Assembly: GCA_965603285.1 (NCBI GenBank)
Contig: CBFDCK010000003.1
Location: forward strand, 5,799 to 69,798
From: an uncultured bacterium
GTDB taxonomy: Bacteria > Chloroflexota > Anaerolineae > Anaerolineales > UBA4823
DNA: 64,000 nucleotides
Direction: 5' to 3'
Shown here in pieces: positions 9,840-19,194 of the stretch (its first letter is position 1; each line of letters opens with the position of its first letter). The translations under genes and the position numbers were made by a program. The notes beneath the pieces are model-generated. The model was not told the origin of the DNA and ran no database searches. It saw only the letters and a program-made list of their open reading frames with translations.

Positions 9840-10773
9840 TGATTTTCTCCAGTTCGTGTTTATAGGGCGGATTGGCGCCAACTCGGGCACAGTTAATCGC
9901 TGCAGCCTGGTTGGCATACGATAAACAGGCTTTCAACTGTTCCTTGGTCAAATTACCCAGTCTCTTTATTTCCAATAATTCCTGATGATGAAGATATGCG
10001 AGTGTTGCGGCCAAAAAGGTATCTCCTGCCCCGACCGTATCAGCTATTTCAATCTCCGGCGTTCGTACATAAGCCGATGTACCAGATTTGGTGTATCCAT
10101 CGGCGCCTTCCTCCCCCTTTGTTCGGATCACCAGACTTACCCCCTGATCAAACCAATGCAATAGGTGTTTTTCGAATTCCTCGTTCTTGTAGATCCAATT
10201 AAAATCTACTCGGCTGAGCTTAAGGATATCCAAAGAAGCGACCCATTTTTCAAACCGATCTCGATAGGCAACCTGGTCAGCTATTAAAGCAGGTCGTACA
10301 TTCGGATCCAGTGAAATGATCCGGGTCTCACTCTCGCGTGCCATTAAGGTCTCCAAAGCTGTCGCTCCTGGCTCCATAACCATTGCTATGGAACCGAAGT
10401 GTAGCGCTTTTACCTTCTCAGGCAGTTGAGGTATAAGCTCATCCACGGTCAGGCTGCGGTCTGCAGACCCATTGGCATAAAAAGAGAATTGCGGCTCGGT
10501 GTAATCTTTTGATGGCAGGTTGACAAATGCAAGTGTGGTTGGATCGGTTGAACGTATACAAAAACTTGTATCTACTCCGTTCTCTTCCAGATTATCTACC
10601 AGCATATCTCCGAAGAAATCAGTGGACACTTTACAGTAAAAACCGACCGGAGTTTCTAGCCTGCCTAATCCGATTGCGACGTTATAGATAGATCCTCCAG
10701 GGCAGGGTTGGTATGCGCGCACATGCGGCAAAGGTACAAAATCTATTAACGCTTCTCCACAACAAAGAATCAC
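9832..10773 (-). CDS. PfkB-family carbohydrate kinase (fructokinase-like)
   Basis: GEALID, GGS..NVA, DPNVRP, ADTVGAGDTF. Confidence 0.9.
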   Translation of the reverse strand: MILCCGEALIDFVPLPHVRAYQPCPGGSIYNVAIGLGRLETPVGFYCKVSTDFFGDMLVDNLEENGVDTSFCIRSTDPTTLAFVNLPSKDYTEPQFSFYANGSADRSLTVDELIPQLPEKVKALHFGSIAMVMEPGATALETLMARESETRIISLDPNVRPALIADQVAYRDRFEKWVASLDILKLSRVDFNWIYKNEEFEKHLLHWFDQGVSLVIRTKGEEGADGYTKSGTSAYVRTPEIEIADTVGAGDTFLAATLAYLHHQELLEIKRLGNLTKEQLKACLSYANQAAAINCARVGANPPYKHELEKING

Positions 10774-11088
10774 GGAGGCACTTTCATTATGAGCTTTTAT
10801 GTCAGGTCCAGATAAGAAAGCAGATATAGATTGAACTCAATCAAGTTTCGACTAATTCGTCGGTGCCAGATTTCAGGTGTGATGATAACACATCCATAAC
10901 CCGGGTTCAACGTGGTGTTTGTTAGAAAGAATCCACGACCTGTCCAAACTACCATTACTTAAGATAAATTGGCAATTTCGGGGTACTGGCAGCGTATCAA
11001 CTTTAGAAAGTTTAATCTATCAAGTCCCCCTTGGTGCAATTTGAGTCAATGACATGTGCCATTAATAATAATTTCTTGTGATTTACAG

Positions 11089-11117
11089 TTGACATAGGAA
11101 TTTTTTAATGCTATGAT
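11089..11117 (+). promoter_or_regulatory. Sigma70-type promoter of the LacI/L-sugar operon
   Basis: TTGACA (11089-11094), 17-nt spacer, extended -10 TGcTATGAT (11109-11117). Confidence 0.8.
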
Positions 11118-11143
11118 ATCGATACCATGGTATCGATATCATA
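11112..11143. promoter_or_regulatory. Perfect 32-bp palindrome; putative tandem LacI operator
   Basis: tatgatatcgatacca|tggtatcgatatcata, two abutting TGRTATCGATAYCA sites with central CG, overlapping the -10 box. Confidence 0.8.
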
Positions 11144-11191
11144 AAAACGATACCAGTCACCTTAAGAATTATTCAATCCAGTTAAATACCT

Positions 11192-12196
11192 ATGGCAACC
11201 ATCCATGATGTAGCAAAACGTGCTGGTGTCGCTCCGATAACCGTCTCTCGCGTTATTAATAATTCGGATTATGCCAGCCAGGAAACCCGGGAACGGGTAG
11301 AAACGGCAATAGCTGAGTTAGGTTATATTCCTAACGTCCTGGCCCGCAGCCTGCGCTCGAAACGCACCAATACGCTGGCATTAGTGATGACTGATATCAC
11401 TAACCCATTCTTTACAGACATTGCAAGGGGCGTGGAAGATACTGCCAGCGAATCCGGATATACCGTGATTTATTGCAACACGGATGAGTCTGAAGCAGGG
11501 GAATATAAGTATGCCCAAATTTTGGCTCAAAAACAGGTTGACGGTGTTATTTTAGTGCCCGCCTGCAGCAACTCAAGGACAGTTGAGTTTTTCCAGTCAA
11601 ATGACATCCCTGTAGTATTGATTGACCGCAGCATCCCAGATATAGAAACCGATGTGGTTCGCTGCGATTCGGTAACCGGTGCTTATCAACTCGTTAAGCT
11701 GTTAATTGACTTGGGTCACACAAGGATTGCAGTGCTCTCTGGTCCCAGGGAAATTTCTACCGCAGAAGACCGCATTACTGGATATCGTCTCGCCTTAGCT
11801 GAAGCCGGGCTAACCGGCAACGAGCTGGTTTATTACGGTTCCTTTACCCAGGCTAAAGGATACGATCTAGCAGCGCAGGTTATGACTCAAACATCACCAC
11901 CTACAGCATTGTTTTGTGCCAACAACTTTATCTCAATTGGTGCGCTGAAAGCATTGCGTGATAGTGGCTTACGCGTCCCCGAGGATGTCGCCTTGGTTGG
12001 CTTTGATGACTTACCAGTGAACATTGTTATCGACCCATTCTTTACCGTAGCCGCCCAACCCGCTTATAAGATGGGACAACGAGGAACTGAACTACTTTTA
12101 GAGCGCCTGACCAATGGGGTACCAGACGAATATCAAGAGGTAATCCTACCTATCGAAATTATCACTCGCAAATCAAGTGGACTTGCGCGCGTTTGA
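11192..12196 (+). CDS. LacI-family transcriptional regulator
   Basis: TIHDVAKRAGVAPITVSRVIN HTH, LGYIPN..ARSL hinge, VPEDVALVGFDD. Confidence 0.96.
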   Translation: MATIHDVAKRAGVAPITVSRVINNSDYASQETRERVETAIAELGYIPNVLARSLRSKRTNTLALVMTDITNPFFTDIARGVEDTASESGYTVIYCNTDESEAGEYKYAQILAQKQVDGVILVPACSNSRTVEFFQSNDIPVVLIDRSIPDIETDVVRCDSVTGAYQLVKLLIDLGHTRIAVLSGPREISTAEDRITGYRLALAEAGLTGNELVYYGSFTQAKGYDLAAQVMTQTSPPTALFCANNFISIGALKALRDSGLRVPEDVALVGFDDLPVNIVIDPFFTVAAQPAYKMGQRGTELLLERLTNGVPDEYQEVILPIEIITRKSSGLARV

Positions 12197-12266
12197 TTTC
12201 TAAACTTATTACCCGCGCAGATGTCATCAGAATTCAGCGAGTTTCTCACCAAGGAGTTTTTTAGAT

Positions 12267-13322
12267 ATGCCAAATAACCCAACCGCAGCAACCACCCTTA
12301 ACAAGGATGATTTGATCGTCGTTACCGGTGCCGGTGGGTTTATTGCTGGGTCCCTGGTAAATTTTTTCCACGATTCAGGCTTTACACGCATTCGTGCAGT
12401 TGACAAAAAGCCACTGCCAAAATGGTATCAACAGGTTCCTGGGGTCGAAAACCTTTCATTGGATCTGAGCTACCGCGAGAATTGTAAGCGTGTTGTTGAA
12501 GGCGCCATGGAAGTATATAACCTCGCTGCTGATATGGGCGGAATGGGATTCATTGAACGCTTCCGGGTGGAATGTCTGCGCAGTATTCTGATCAACACCC
12601 ATATGCTCGAGGCATCCTACTGGGCGGGCGTCCAGCGTTATTTCTTTTCGTCCTCTGCTTGTGCCTACAACACAGAACTGCAGGAAGACCCCAACGCCAC
12701 GGCACTAAAGGAATCCGATGCCTATCCAGCTATGGCAGAGCGAGGTTATGGCTGGGAAAAGTTGATATCAGAGATATTCTGCCAGGAGTATTGGGCTGAA
12801 CGCAAGATGAAAACCTTCATCGCTCGCTTCCACAACGTCTATGGACCGGACGGCACCTGGGATGGAGGCAGAGAAAAAGCTCCCGCAGCACTCAGCCGCA
12901 AGGTGATTGAAGCCCAGGACAGCGGTGAACTCGATATCATTATCTGGGGTGATGGTCACCAGACGCGCAGTTTTATGTACATCGATGATTGTATAAAAGG
13001 TATAGACATGATAATGCACTGCGACGATCTGATTGCCACCCCCATCAACCTTGGTTCCAGCGAACTGGTTTCCATAAACGACCTGGTCAGTGAGATCGAA
13101 GATATCGCTGGTGTAAAACTGGAACGTCATTATGACATGGATGCCCCGCTTGGTGTCGCCGGTCGAAACAGCGATAATACCTTCATCAAACAGGTGTTGG
13201 ACTGGGAACCGGACACTCCGCTGTGTGAAGGTTTGGGTAAAACCTACGCCTGGATAAAAGGCCAATACCAAGATCGTAAAGCCGGAAAACCCACTCCCGC
13301 TGGTGAAGCTGATGATTTTTAG
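12267..13322 (+). CDS. GDP-mannose 3,5-epimerase-like extended SDR (copy 1)
   Basis: GAGGFIA, LAADMGGMGFI, SSACAY, YGWEK, RFHNVYGPDGTWDGGREKAPAA, GVAGRNSDN. Confidence 0.88.
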   Translation: MPNNPTAATTLNKDDLIVVTGAGGFIAGSLVNFFHDSGFTRIRAVDKKPLPKWYQQVPGVENLSLDLSYRENCKRVVEGAMEVYNLAADMGGMGFIERFRVECLRSILINTHMLEASYWAGVQRYFFSSSACAYNTELQEDPNATALKESDAYPAMAERGYGWEKLISEIFCQEYWAERKMKTFIARFHNVYGPDGTWDGGREKAPAALSRKVIEAQDSGELDIIIWGDGHQTRSFMYIDDCIKGIDMIMHCDDLIATPINLGSSELVSINDLVSEIEDIAGVKLERHYDMDAPLGVAGRNSDNTFIKQVLDWEPDTPLCEGLGKTYAWIKGQYQDRKAGKPTPAGEADDF

Positions 13323-13359
13323 CACTAGTTTAAAACAGGGCTGAGGTGCAATTAAACAA

Positions 13360-14151
13360 ATGGGGACCACAGATATAACTGACGTCATTGGTAAACTTCC
13401 TTATCGGATTGCCTTTGCCGGTGGATGGATTGATCAGCCCTTCGTATCAAAGCACAACCCAACCCCACCCGGTTCTATGGTCGTGGTAGGTTTGCAGCCC
13501 ACGATGCGATTCATGAATCGATGCGGGATGGGAACCAGTACTCGAAAATTAGCCAGCCAAATCTGGAACGGAAGTATTCCTGATAGAGCACCCGAAGAAT
13601 TAATTCGCGAGCTGTATGCTGCTGAAAATAATAGCAAAGAAGAGCCTTCCGGATCGCAGGATATGGCAGGTCTGGTTTATCCAGGGGTTATCCGCCTGGA
13701 TTACGATTTCCACCACGCGGGTGGCTATTTCCCTGTTTATATTGAATCCAATAATGATCCTGTCGTAGCACATTGGTTGGAGAGGGTGCTCCATGTGGTG
13801 CCCATTGGTCAGCGCCCTCCTGGGTACAATCCCTTGGGTGAACAGAATCTGGACCCAGAGTGGATCGGTCGTTTAGGACAGTCAGGCAAAGATTGTTTTA
13901 ATGCCATCCTGGAGAAGGATGCCCAGGCTTTAGGAGCATCTTTTAATGAATGCATGTTGTGCTGGCAGGCAATTTTGCCCCACACGGTGCGCCATCCAAC
14001 AATTACGATCGATCTAATGAAAATTTTGGCATATTTCCAATCCAGGTATGATGGTGCCATGTACTCCGGTTGTGGTGGAGGCTACTTATTTGTTGTTAGT
14101 GAGGAAAAAGTTCCGGGCGCATTCAATGTTACAGTCCGGATCGCAGATTGA
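13360..14151 (+). CDS. Compact GHMP-kinase-like protein (putative sugar kinase)
   Basis: PYRIAFAGGWIDQP (motif I), GMGTS (motif II), SGSQD, YSGCGGGY (motif III). Confidence 0.7.
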   Translation: MGTTDITDVIGKLPYRIAFAGGWIDQPFVSKHNPTPPGSMVVVGLQPTMRFMNRCGMGTSTRKLASQIWNGSIPDRAPEELIRELYAAENNSKEEPSGSQDMAGLVYPGVIRLDYDFHHAGGYFPVYIESNNDPVVAHWLERVLHVVPIGQRPPGYNPLGEQNLDPEWIGRLGQSGKDCFNAILEKDAQALGASFNECMLCWQAILPHTVRHPTITIDLMKILAYFQSRYDGAMYSGCGGGYLFVVSEEKVPGAFNVTVRIAD

Positions 14152-14158
14152 GATAAAC

Positions 14159-14977
14159 ATGAAAAGCGTTATCGTAACCGGCAGTTTCGATAAAATCCAA
14201 TCTAAACATGTTCGCTTTTTAGAGGAAGCCTCGAAGTTAGGCTTATTACATGTATTTCTCTGGTCTGATGAAATTATACGCCAATTGGAAGGCGCCTACC
14301 CACGGTTTCCGCAGGAAGAACGCTCCTATATTCTCAATTCAATTCGATATATCAACCAGGTGACACTGGTAAATGAGATCGCGACAACAGACGAGCTCCC
14401 CAAAATTGAGGGTATCCAGCCCGATATATGGGTCACTTGTGAAAACGACCATAACCTTCAAAAACAGCAGTATTGTGCCACCCGGGGAATTGAGTATAGG
14501 ATCATCCGCCACGAAGATTTGCGCGATTTTCCTGCTCTACCATCAGGCAATACAGTTTCCTCCACAAACAAAAAAGTTCTGGTCACCGGGTCTTTTGATT
14601 GGTTCCATTCTGGACATGTGCGCTTCTTTGAAGAGATTTCTGGTTTGGGTGACCTGTATGTGATTATCGGTCATGATGAAAATATTCGCTTGTTGAAAGG
14701 TGAAGGGCACCCGTTATTTTCCCAGGATGAACGTGGCTACATGGTGCAATCAATCCGTTTTGTCAAACAGACCTTGATTTCTGGCGGGCATGGTTGGATG
14801 GATGCAGAACCAGAAATTGATATTGTCAAACCACATATCTACGCTGTCAACCAGGATGGCGATAAGCCCGAAAAGCGAGAATTTTGTAAAGAACATGGGA
14901 TTGAATATTTAGTTTTAAAGCGTACTCCCAAAGAAGGTTTGCCCCGTCGGGAAAGTACCGTATTGCGCGGGTTTTGA
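14159..14977 (+). CDS. Tandem cytidylyltransferase-like (CTP_transf_like x2) nucleotidyltransferase
   Basis: Two repeats of V.VTGSFD...H..F.EE.S.LG.L.V; second has intact HSGH, first QSKH; C-terminal REST..R. Confidence 0.8.
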   Translation: MKSVIVTGSFDKIQSKHVRFLEEASKLGLLHVFLWSDEIIRQLEGAYPRFPQEERSYILNSIRYINQVTLVNEIATTDELPKIEGIQPDIWVTCENDHNLQKQQYCATRGIEYRIIRHEDLRDFPALPSGNTVSSTNKKVLVTGSFDWFHSGHVRFFEEISGLGDLYVIIGHDENIRLLKGEGHPLFSQDERGYMVQSIRFVKQTLISGGHGWMDAEPEIDIVKPHIYAVNQDGDKPEKREFCKEHGIEYLVLKRTPKEGLPRRESTVLRGF

Positions 14978-14988
14978 GGAGCATTTAA

Positions 14989-16059
14989 ATGTTCTATGCA
15001 GTGATTATGGCTGGGGGCTCGGGAACACGAATGTGGCCCTACAGCCGTCAGGATCACCCTAAGCAAGCCCTAAAGATAGTCGGGGATCGCTCCATGTTCC
15101 AATATGCAGTCGAGCGAATCGCATCGGTATTTCCTTCAGAACGCATATTCGTTGTCACCCGTGCCAGGCATGCACCAATATTAATGGACCAAATGCCGGA
15201 ACTTCCGGATAAAAACTTCATTCTGGAACCTGAAGGCCGTGGTACTGCGCCTGCGATTGGTTTGGCAGCCATTCATTTGCTGCACAAGGACCCCGATGCT
15301 AGTATGGCAATTCTTACCGCCGATCATTACATCCTGAATGTAGAGCGCTTCTGTCAGGTTTTAACAGCCGCTAAACGATGCGCGACAGATGGCAGCATGG
15401 TTACATTGGGCATTCAACCCACATCGGCTTCTACTGGATTCGGATATATTAAACAAGGCTCATCACTGGGCGAGAAGAACGGTTTTACCTATTATGCGGT
15501 CCAGGAGTTCATCGAAAAACCCGACTCGGCAACTGCACTGCAGATGGTCGTGAGCGGGAATTATTCCTGGAACAGCGGGATGTTCATCTGGCAGGTGAAC
15601 CGAATTATGGAAGAATTTGAACGCCAGATGCCAGAATTTATTGCCCAGTTAACCACCGTCAGGGCTGCATTAGGTACCCCTGATTACCAACTAGTTTTAG
15701 AGCAGGTCTGGCCTGAGGTGGAAAATCAATCGATTGATTACGGCATCATGGAAGGCGCCCATCAAGTAATTGTACTCCCGGTAGATATTGGTTGGACGGA
15801 TATTGGCAGTTGGGGCAGCCTTTTTGAAATATTGCCCCCCGATGAGTACCAGAATGTTGCCGTTGGGCAGCACATTGGCATTAACACTCGTAGCTCTTTA
15901 GTGCTCGCGAATAAACGTCTTGTGGCAACGCTTGGTGTGGAAGACCTGATAATCGTCAACACCGATGATGCCTTATTAGTATGTTCAAGAGATTGCGAAC
16001 AGGACGTAAAAGCGATTGTCGACCAGTTGAAGATTGAGCGAAAAACCAATTTTGTTTAG
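14989..16059 (+). CDS. manC: Mannose-1-phosphate guanylyltransferase (no PMI domain)
   Basis: MAGGSGTRMWPYSR..PKQ, EP.GRGTAPAI, TADH, GFGYI, FIEKPD, WNSGMF, SIDYGIME, GWTDIGSW. Confidence 0.93.
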   Translation: MFYAVIMAGGSGTRMWPYSRQDHPKQALKIVGDRSMFQYAVERIASVFPSERIFVVTRARHAPILMDQMPELPDKNFILEPEGRGTAPAIGLAAIHLLHKDPDASMAILTADHYILNVERFCQVLTAAKRCATDGSMVTLGIQPTSASTGFGYIKQGSSLGEKNGFTYYAVQEFIEKPDSATALQMVVSGNYSWNSGMFIWQVNRIMEEFERQMPEFIAQLTTVRAALGTPDYQLVLEQVWPEVENQSIDYGIMEGAHQVIVLPVDIGWTDIGSWGSLFEILPPDEYQNVAVGQHIGINTRSSLVLANKRLVATLGVEDLIIVNTDDALLVCSRDCEQDVKAIVDQLKIERKTNFV

Positions 16060-16332
16060 TCTTTAGCTTACTACTGGCTTAGACCGGCAAATGAAACCCT
16101 TAATTGAACATTTGCCACGAATTTAAAAAGGAGGTGGTGGTTATTAGATAATAAATGTGTCGAGCCGTACGCCACTCAATCTTTTGAATGAATGGAAGTT
16201 ATCGGCAACCAGCGACCTTGCCTAGGCTATCTATAAGTGATACGGAACCAATCCCCTTTTAGCGCCTATCAAGGGCTCGCTCTCATCATTTTCGTTCGGA
16301 GAATAAATACAAATTTAATGGAGAAGACAAAC

Positions 16333-17928
16333 ATGAGAACCAAATTTTGGATGTTCACAACATCACTTCTAATAATCGCATTGCTGGCAGCTTGTGCTCC
16401 CGCAGCGACCCCCGAGACTGTTATTGAGACAGTTGAGGTCGAAAAAACCGTAATCGAAACAGTTGAGGTTGAGGTCGAAAAGACCGTTGTCGAAACTGTT
16501 GAAGTTGAGGTCGAAGTAGCGCCTGCCCCCGAAGACCTCCCTTACGAGGGGGTAGAAGTCAATGTGCTGACCTTCACCGGTCCGCAGATCGCCGAACCGC
16601 TTCAGCGACGCGCTCCCGACTTTGAGGCTCTCACCGGCGCCAAAGTTAACGTGACCATTGTCCCCTTTAGCGACCTGTACCAGAAGATTTTGACCGATGT
16701 AGCCACTGGCACCAATGCATTTGACGGCTGGGTATTTGCCCCACAATGGATGGTGGATTACATCGTCCCCGGCTATATCGAGAACCTGACTGATCGTGTC
16801 GCCGCTGATGATGCCCTGGAATGGGATGATGTGGCGCCCTTCTTCCGTGACTTCAGCGCCTCCTATGAAGGCGATGTCTACACAATACCCCTGGATGGCG
16901 ATTTCCACATGGGCTACTATCGCACCGACCTGATCGATGCTGCCCCTAAAACCTGGGACGAGTATCTCGCGATCGCTGCCGAGTTCCACGGACAGGACCT
17001 CAATGGGGACGGAGATCCCGATTATGGTTCCTGCATCTCCAAGAAGCGTGGCGCTCAGGCTTACTGGTTCATTACTGACATCGCAGCTTCGATGGTCCAG
17101 AGTAAGGGTACCGCCGAAGGTGCTTTCTTCGATCTGGAGACAATGGAACCCCTGGTGGATAATGCAGCTTTCAGAAAGGCTCTAGAAATCTACGATGCGA
17201 CCACTGAATTCGGCCCACCAGATGAGATAAACTTGGATGTTGGTGACACCCGCAGTCTTTTCACCTCCGGTCGCTGCGCCCTTTCGCTTGATTGGGGTGA
17301 TATCGGTACTCTGGCGATCGATCCCGAAACCTCCGTGGTCATGGACAAGACCGGCGCAATGATCCTGCCTGGTACAACCCAGGTGTTGGATCGAGAAACC
17401 GGCGAGCTGGTTGACTGCGACGAGACCACTTGCCCCTACGCAGTGGATGGTATCAACTACGCACCTTTCGCCGCTTACGGAGGTTGGTCGGGTGGTATTA
17501 ACGCCGGGGCGGATGACAATGTTAAAAACGCGGCCTATGATTTCTTCTCATACATGGCTCAGCCAGCGCAGGCTAATGCAGACGTAACTGTCGGTAAAAC
17601 AGGCTTCAACCCTTACCGGACCTCACAGTTCCTCAACCGCCAGGCCTGGGTGGATGCGGGAATGAGTCCGCAGGCAGCCAGCGATTATCTGGGTGCAATC
17701 GAAGGTAGTCTGGCTAGCCCCAACATGGTGCTTGACCTTCGCATTCCACAAAACCAGCGCTACCAGCAGGTAGTCCTGGATCAAGCTGTAAGCCAATTCA
17801 TGGCTGGTGAAATCACCATCGAAGAGGCTGTCCAGCAGATCTACGACGGCTGGGAGGAAATAACCGAAGAGTTGGGCCGCGATGACCAACTTGCGGTATA
17901 CAAGGCTACTCTCGGCGTTGAAAAGTAG
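16333..17928 (+). CDS. Sugar ABC transporter substrate-binding lipoprotein
   Basis: Lipobox LLAAC, ETVEVEKT repeat linker, PLDGD..YYRTD, family 1 SBP layout; upstream of two permeases. Confidence 0.9.
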   Translation: MRTKFWMFTTSLLIIALLAACAPAATPETVIETVEVEKTVIETVEVEVEKTVVETVEVEVEVAPAPEDLPYEGVEVNVLTFTGPQIAEPLQRRAPDFEALTGAKVNVTIVPFSDLYQKILTDVATGTNAFDGWVFAPQWMVDYIVPGYIENLTDRVAADDALEWDDVAPFFRDFSASYEGDVYTIPLDGDFHMGYYRTDLIDAAPKTWDEYLAIAAEFHGQDLNGDGDPDYGSCISKKRGAQAYWFITDIAASMVQSKGTAEGAFFDLETMEPLVDNAAFRKALEIYDATTEFGPPDEINLDVGDTRSLFTSGRCALSLDWGDIGTLAIDPETSVVMDKTGAMILPGTTQVLDRETGELVDCDETTCPYAVDGINYAPFAAYGGWSGGINAGADDNVKNAAYDFFSYMAQPAQANADVTVGKTGFNPYRTSQFLNRQAWVDAGMSPQAASDYLGAIEGSLASPNMVLDLRIPQNQRYQQVVLDQAVSQFMAGEITIEEAVQQIYDGWEEITEELGRDDQLAVYKATLGVEK

Positions 17929-17951
17929 GCTTTCATTAGCCTCACACTTAT

Positions 17952-17985
17952 CTCAAAGCCCGTCTTGGTTGGGTCGGGCTTTGAG
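17952..17985 (+). other. Strong hairpin between SBP and permease genes (no adjacent U-tract)
   Basis: ctcaaagcccg...cgggctttgag, 11-bp stem. Confidence 0.7.
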
Positions 17986-18096
17986 TCACCTGAAATTTCT
18001 TTTTTTAATGGGGGTAGGGCAACCCAGATTACGTCGCATCTACCCCATCAGCACTTTTTTTGATTTAGTTTTTTCACCAACAGCCTGGAGATTATT

Positions 18097-19194
18097 ATGC
18101 GAAAGTTGTCTGCCTGGTTGGATCAAGTTTCCAGTATTGCTTTTATACTCCCTGCGATATTGGTTGTTATCGCATTATCTGTGTTTCCTTTAATTCTTTC
18201 ACTCTATATGTCGCTAACCCGCTTTAAATTCGTTAAAGGTGGTTTTGAGTTTAAATGGATCGGATTTGATAACTATAAAAAACTGTTGGTAGGAAGTGAA
18301 CAAACTCACTTCCTGGGGAAAATGGGCGATCCTTCTCCAATAGGTTGGTTGATCTTGGGAGTTGTTGTCATCGCCCTTACCGTTACACTGGTGCGCTATA
18401 CCCGCAGTCCGCAGCGGTCTATTGCAGGCACAATTGGCCGCATAATTGCCTCTGTGGCATTAGGACTTGCCTTCTGGTTGCTGATTCACACCCTCAACGC
18501 AGAAGGTCGTCCTGGTACAATGGTCGTTACCTGGATATATGTTTTTCTGGGAATAGCCATCCAATATAGTCTTGGTCTTGGATTGGCTTTACTCACCACC
18601 CAGCGGATTCCCGGTCGGCGATTTTTCCGGGTTGTATACCTGCTGCCGATGATGATTACACCGGTAGGGGTAGGTTACATGTTCCGCATGTTGACCGATA
18701 CCGACAAAGGTCCATTCCAACCCATCTGGCAGGCAATGGGACTAGGTCTATACTCCTGGGTCACTAATCCCTGGGGAGCGCGGGTGGCAATCATGCTGGG
18801 GGATATATGGCAGTGGACACCATTTATGTTCATCGTGCTTTTAGCAGCTTTGGAAGGTCAATCGGTTGAACAGGTGGAAGCCGGCCTGGTAGATGGCGCC
18901 AACCGTTGGCAAATTTTTTGGTTCATCACCTTTCCCAATTTACTCCCTGTCAGCATCACTTTGGTCCTGATCCGTATGATTGAGGCGTTTAAGATCGTAG
19001 ATTTGCCCAATATTATGACGAATGGCGGACCCGGTACAGCCACTGAGTCAATGACTCTACACGCCTTTTTCTCCTGGCGCTCACTAAACTTGGGCCAATC
19101 CGCAGCCATCTCCTACATCTTGCTGATAGTGGTAACAATGGCAGCTATGACTTTTATTAACCTGTTTCGTGGTCGTGCCGTGGAGGCGTTATGA
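18097..19194 (+). CDS. Sugar ABC permease (MalF-like)
   Basis: WIGFDNY, LLPMMITPV, WQWTPF, EAGLVDGANRWQIF EAA loop. Confidence 0.92.
   Translation: MRKLSAWLDQVSSIAFILPAILVVIALSVFPLILSLYMSLTRFKFVKGGFEFKWIGFDNYKKLLVGSEQTHFLGKMGDPSPIGWLILGVVVIALTVTLVRYTRSPQRSIAGTIGRIIASVALGLAFWLLIHTLNAEGRPGTMVVTWIYVFLGIAIQYSLGLGLALLTTQRIPGRRFFRVVYLLPMMITPVGVGYMFRMLTDTDKGPFQPIWQAMGLGLYSWVTNPWGARVAIMLGDIWQWTPFMFIVLLAALEGQSVEQVEAGLVDGANRWQIFWFITFPNLLPVSITLVLIRMIEAFKIVDLPNIMTNGGPGTATESMTLHAFFSWRSLNLGQSAAISYILLIVVTMAAMTFINLFRGRAVEAL

Noticed and set aside
10797-10955. 52-codon minus-strand ORF upstream of the PfkB gene
   Set aside because: No RBS or family motif recognised
12768-13388. 206-aa minus-strand ORF
   Set aside because: Shadow of the GME-like gene
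12267-16059. O-antigen/EPS biosynthesis cluster interpretation
   Set aside because: No glycosyltransferase, flippase or polymerase; LacI control and importer point to uptake/catabolism or salvage, though supply to a distant cluster is not excluded
16410-16520. ETVEVEKT repeats as a possible DNA array
   Set aside because: Synonymous variation shows a protein-level lipoprotein linker
16369-16989. 206-aa minus-strand ORF
   Set aside because: Shadow of the codon-biased SBP gene
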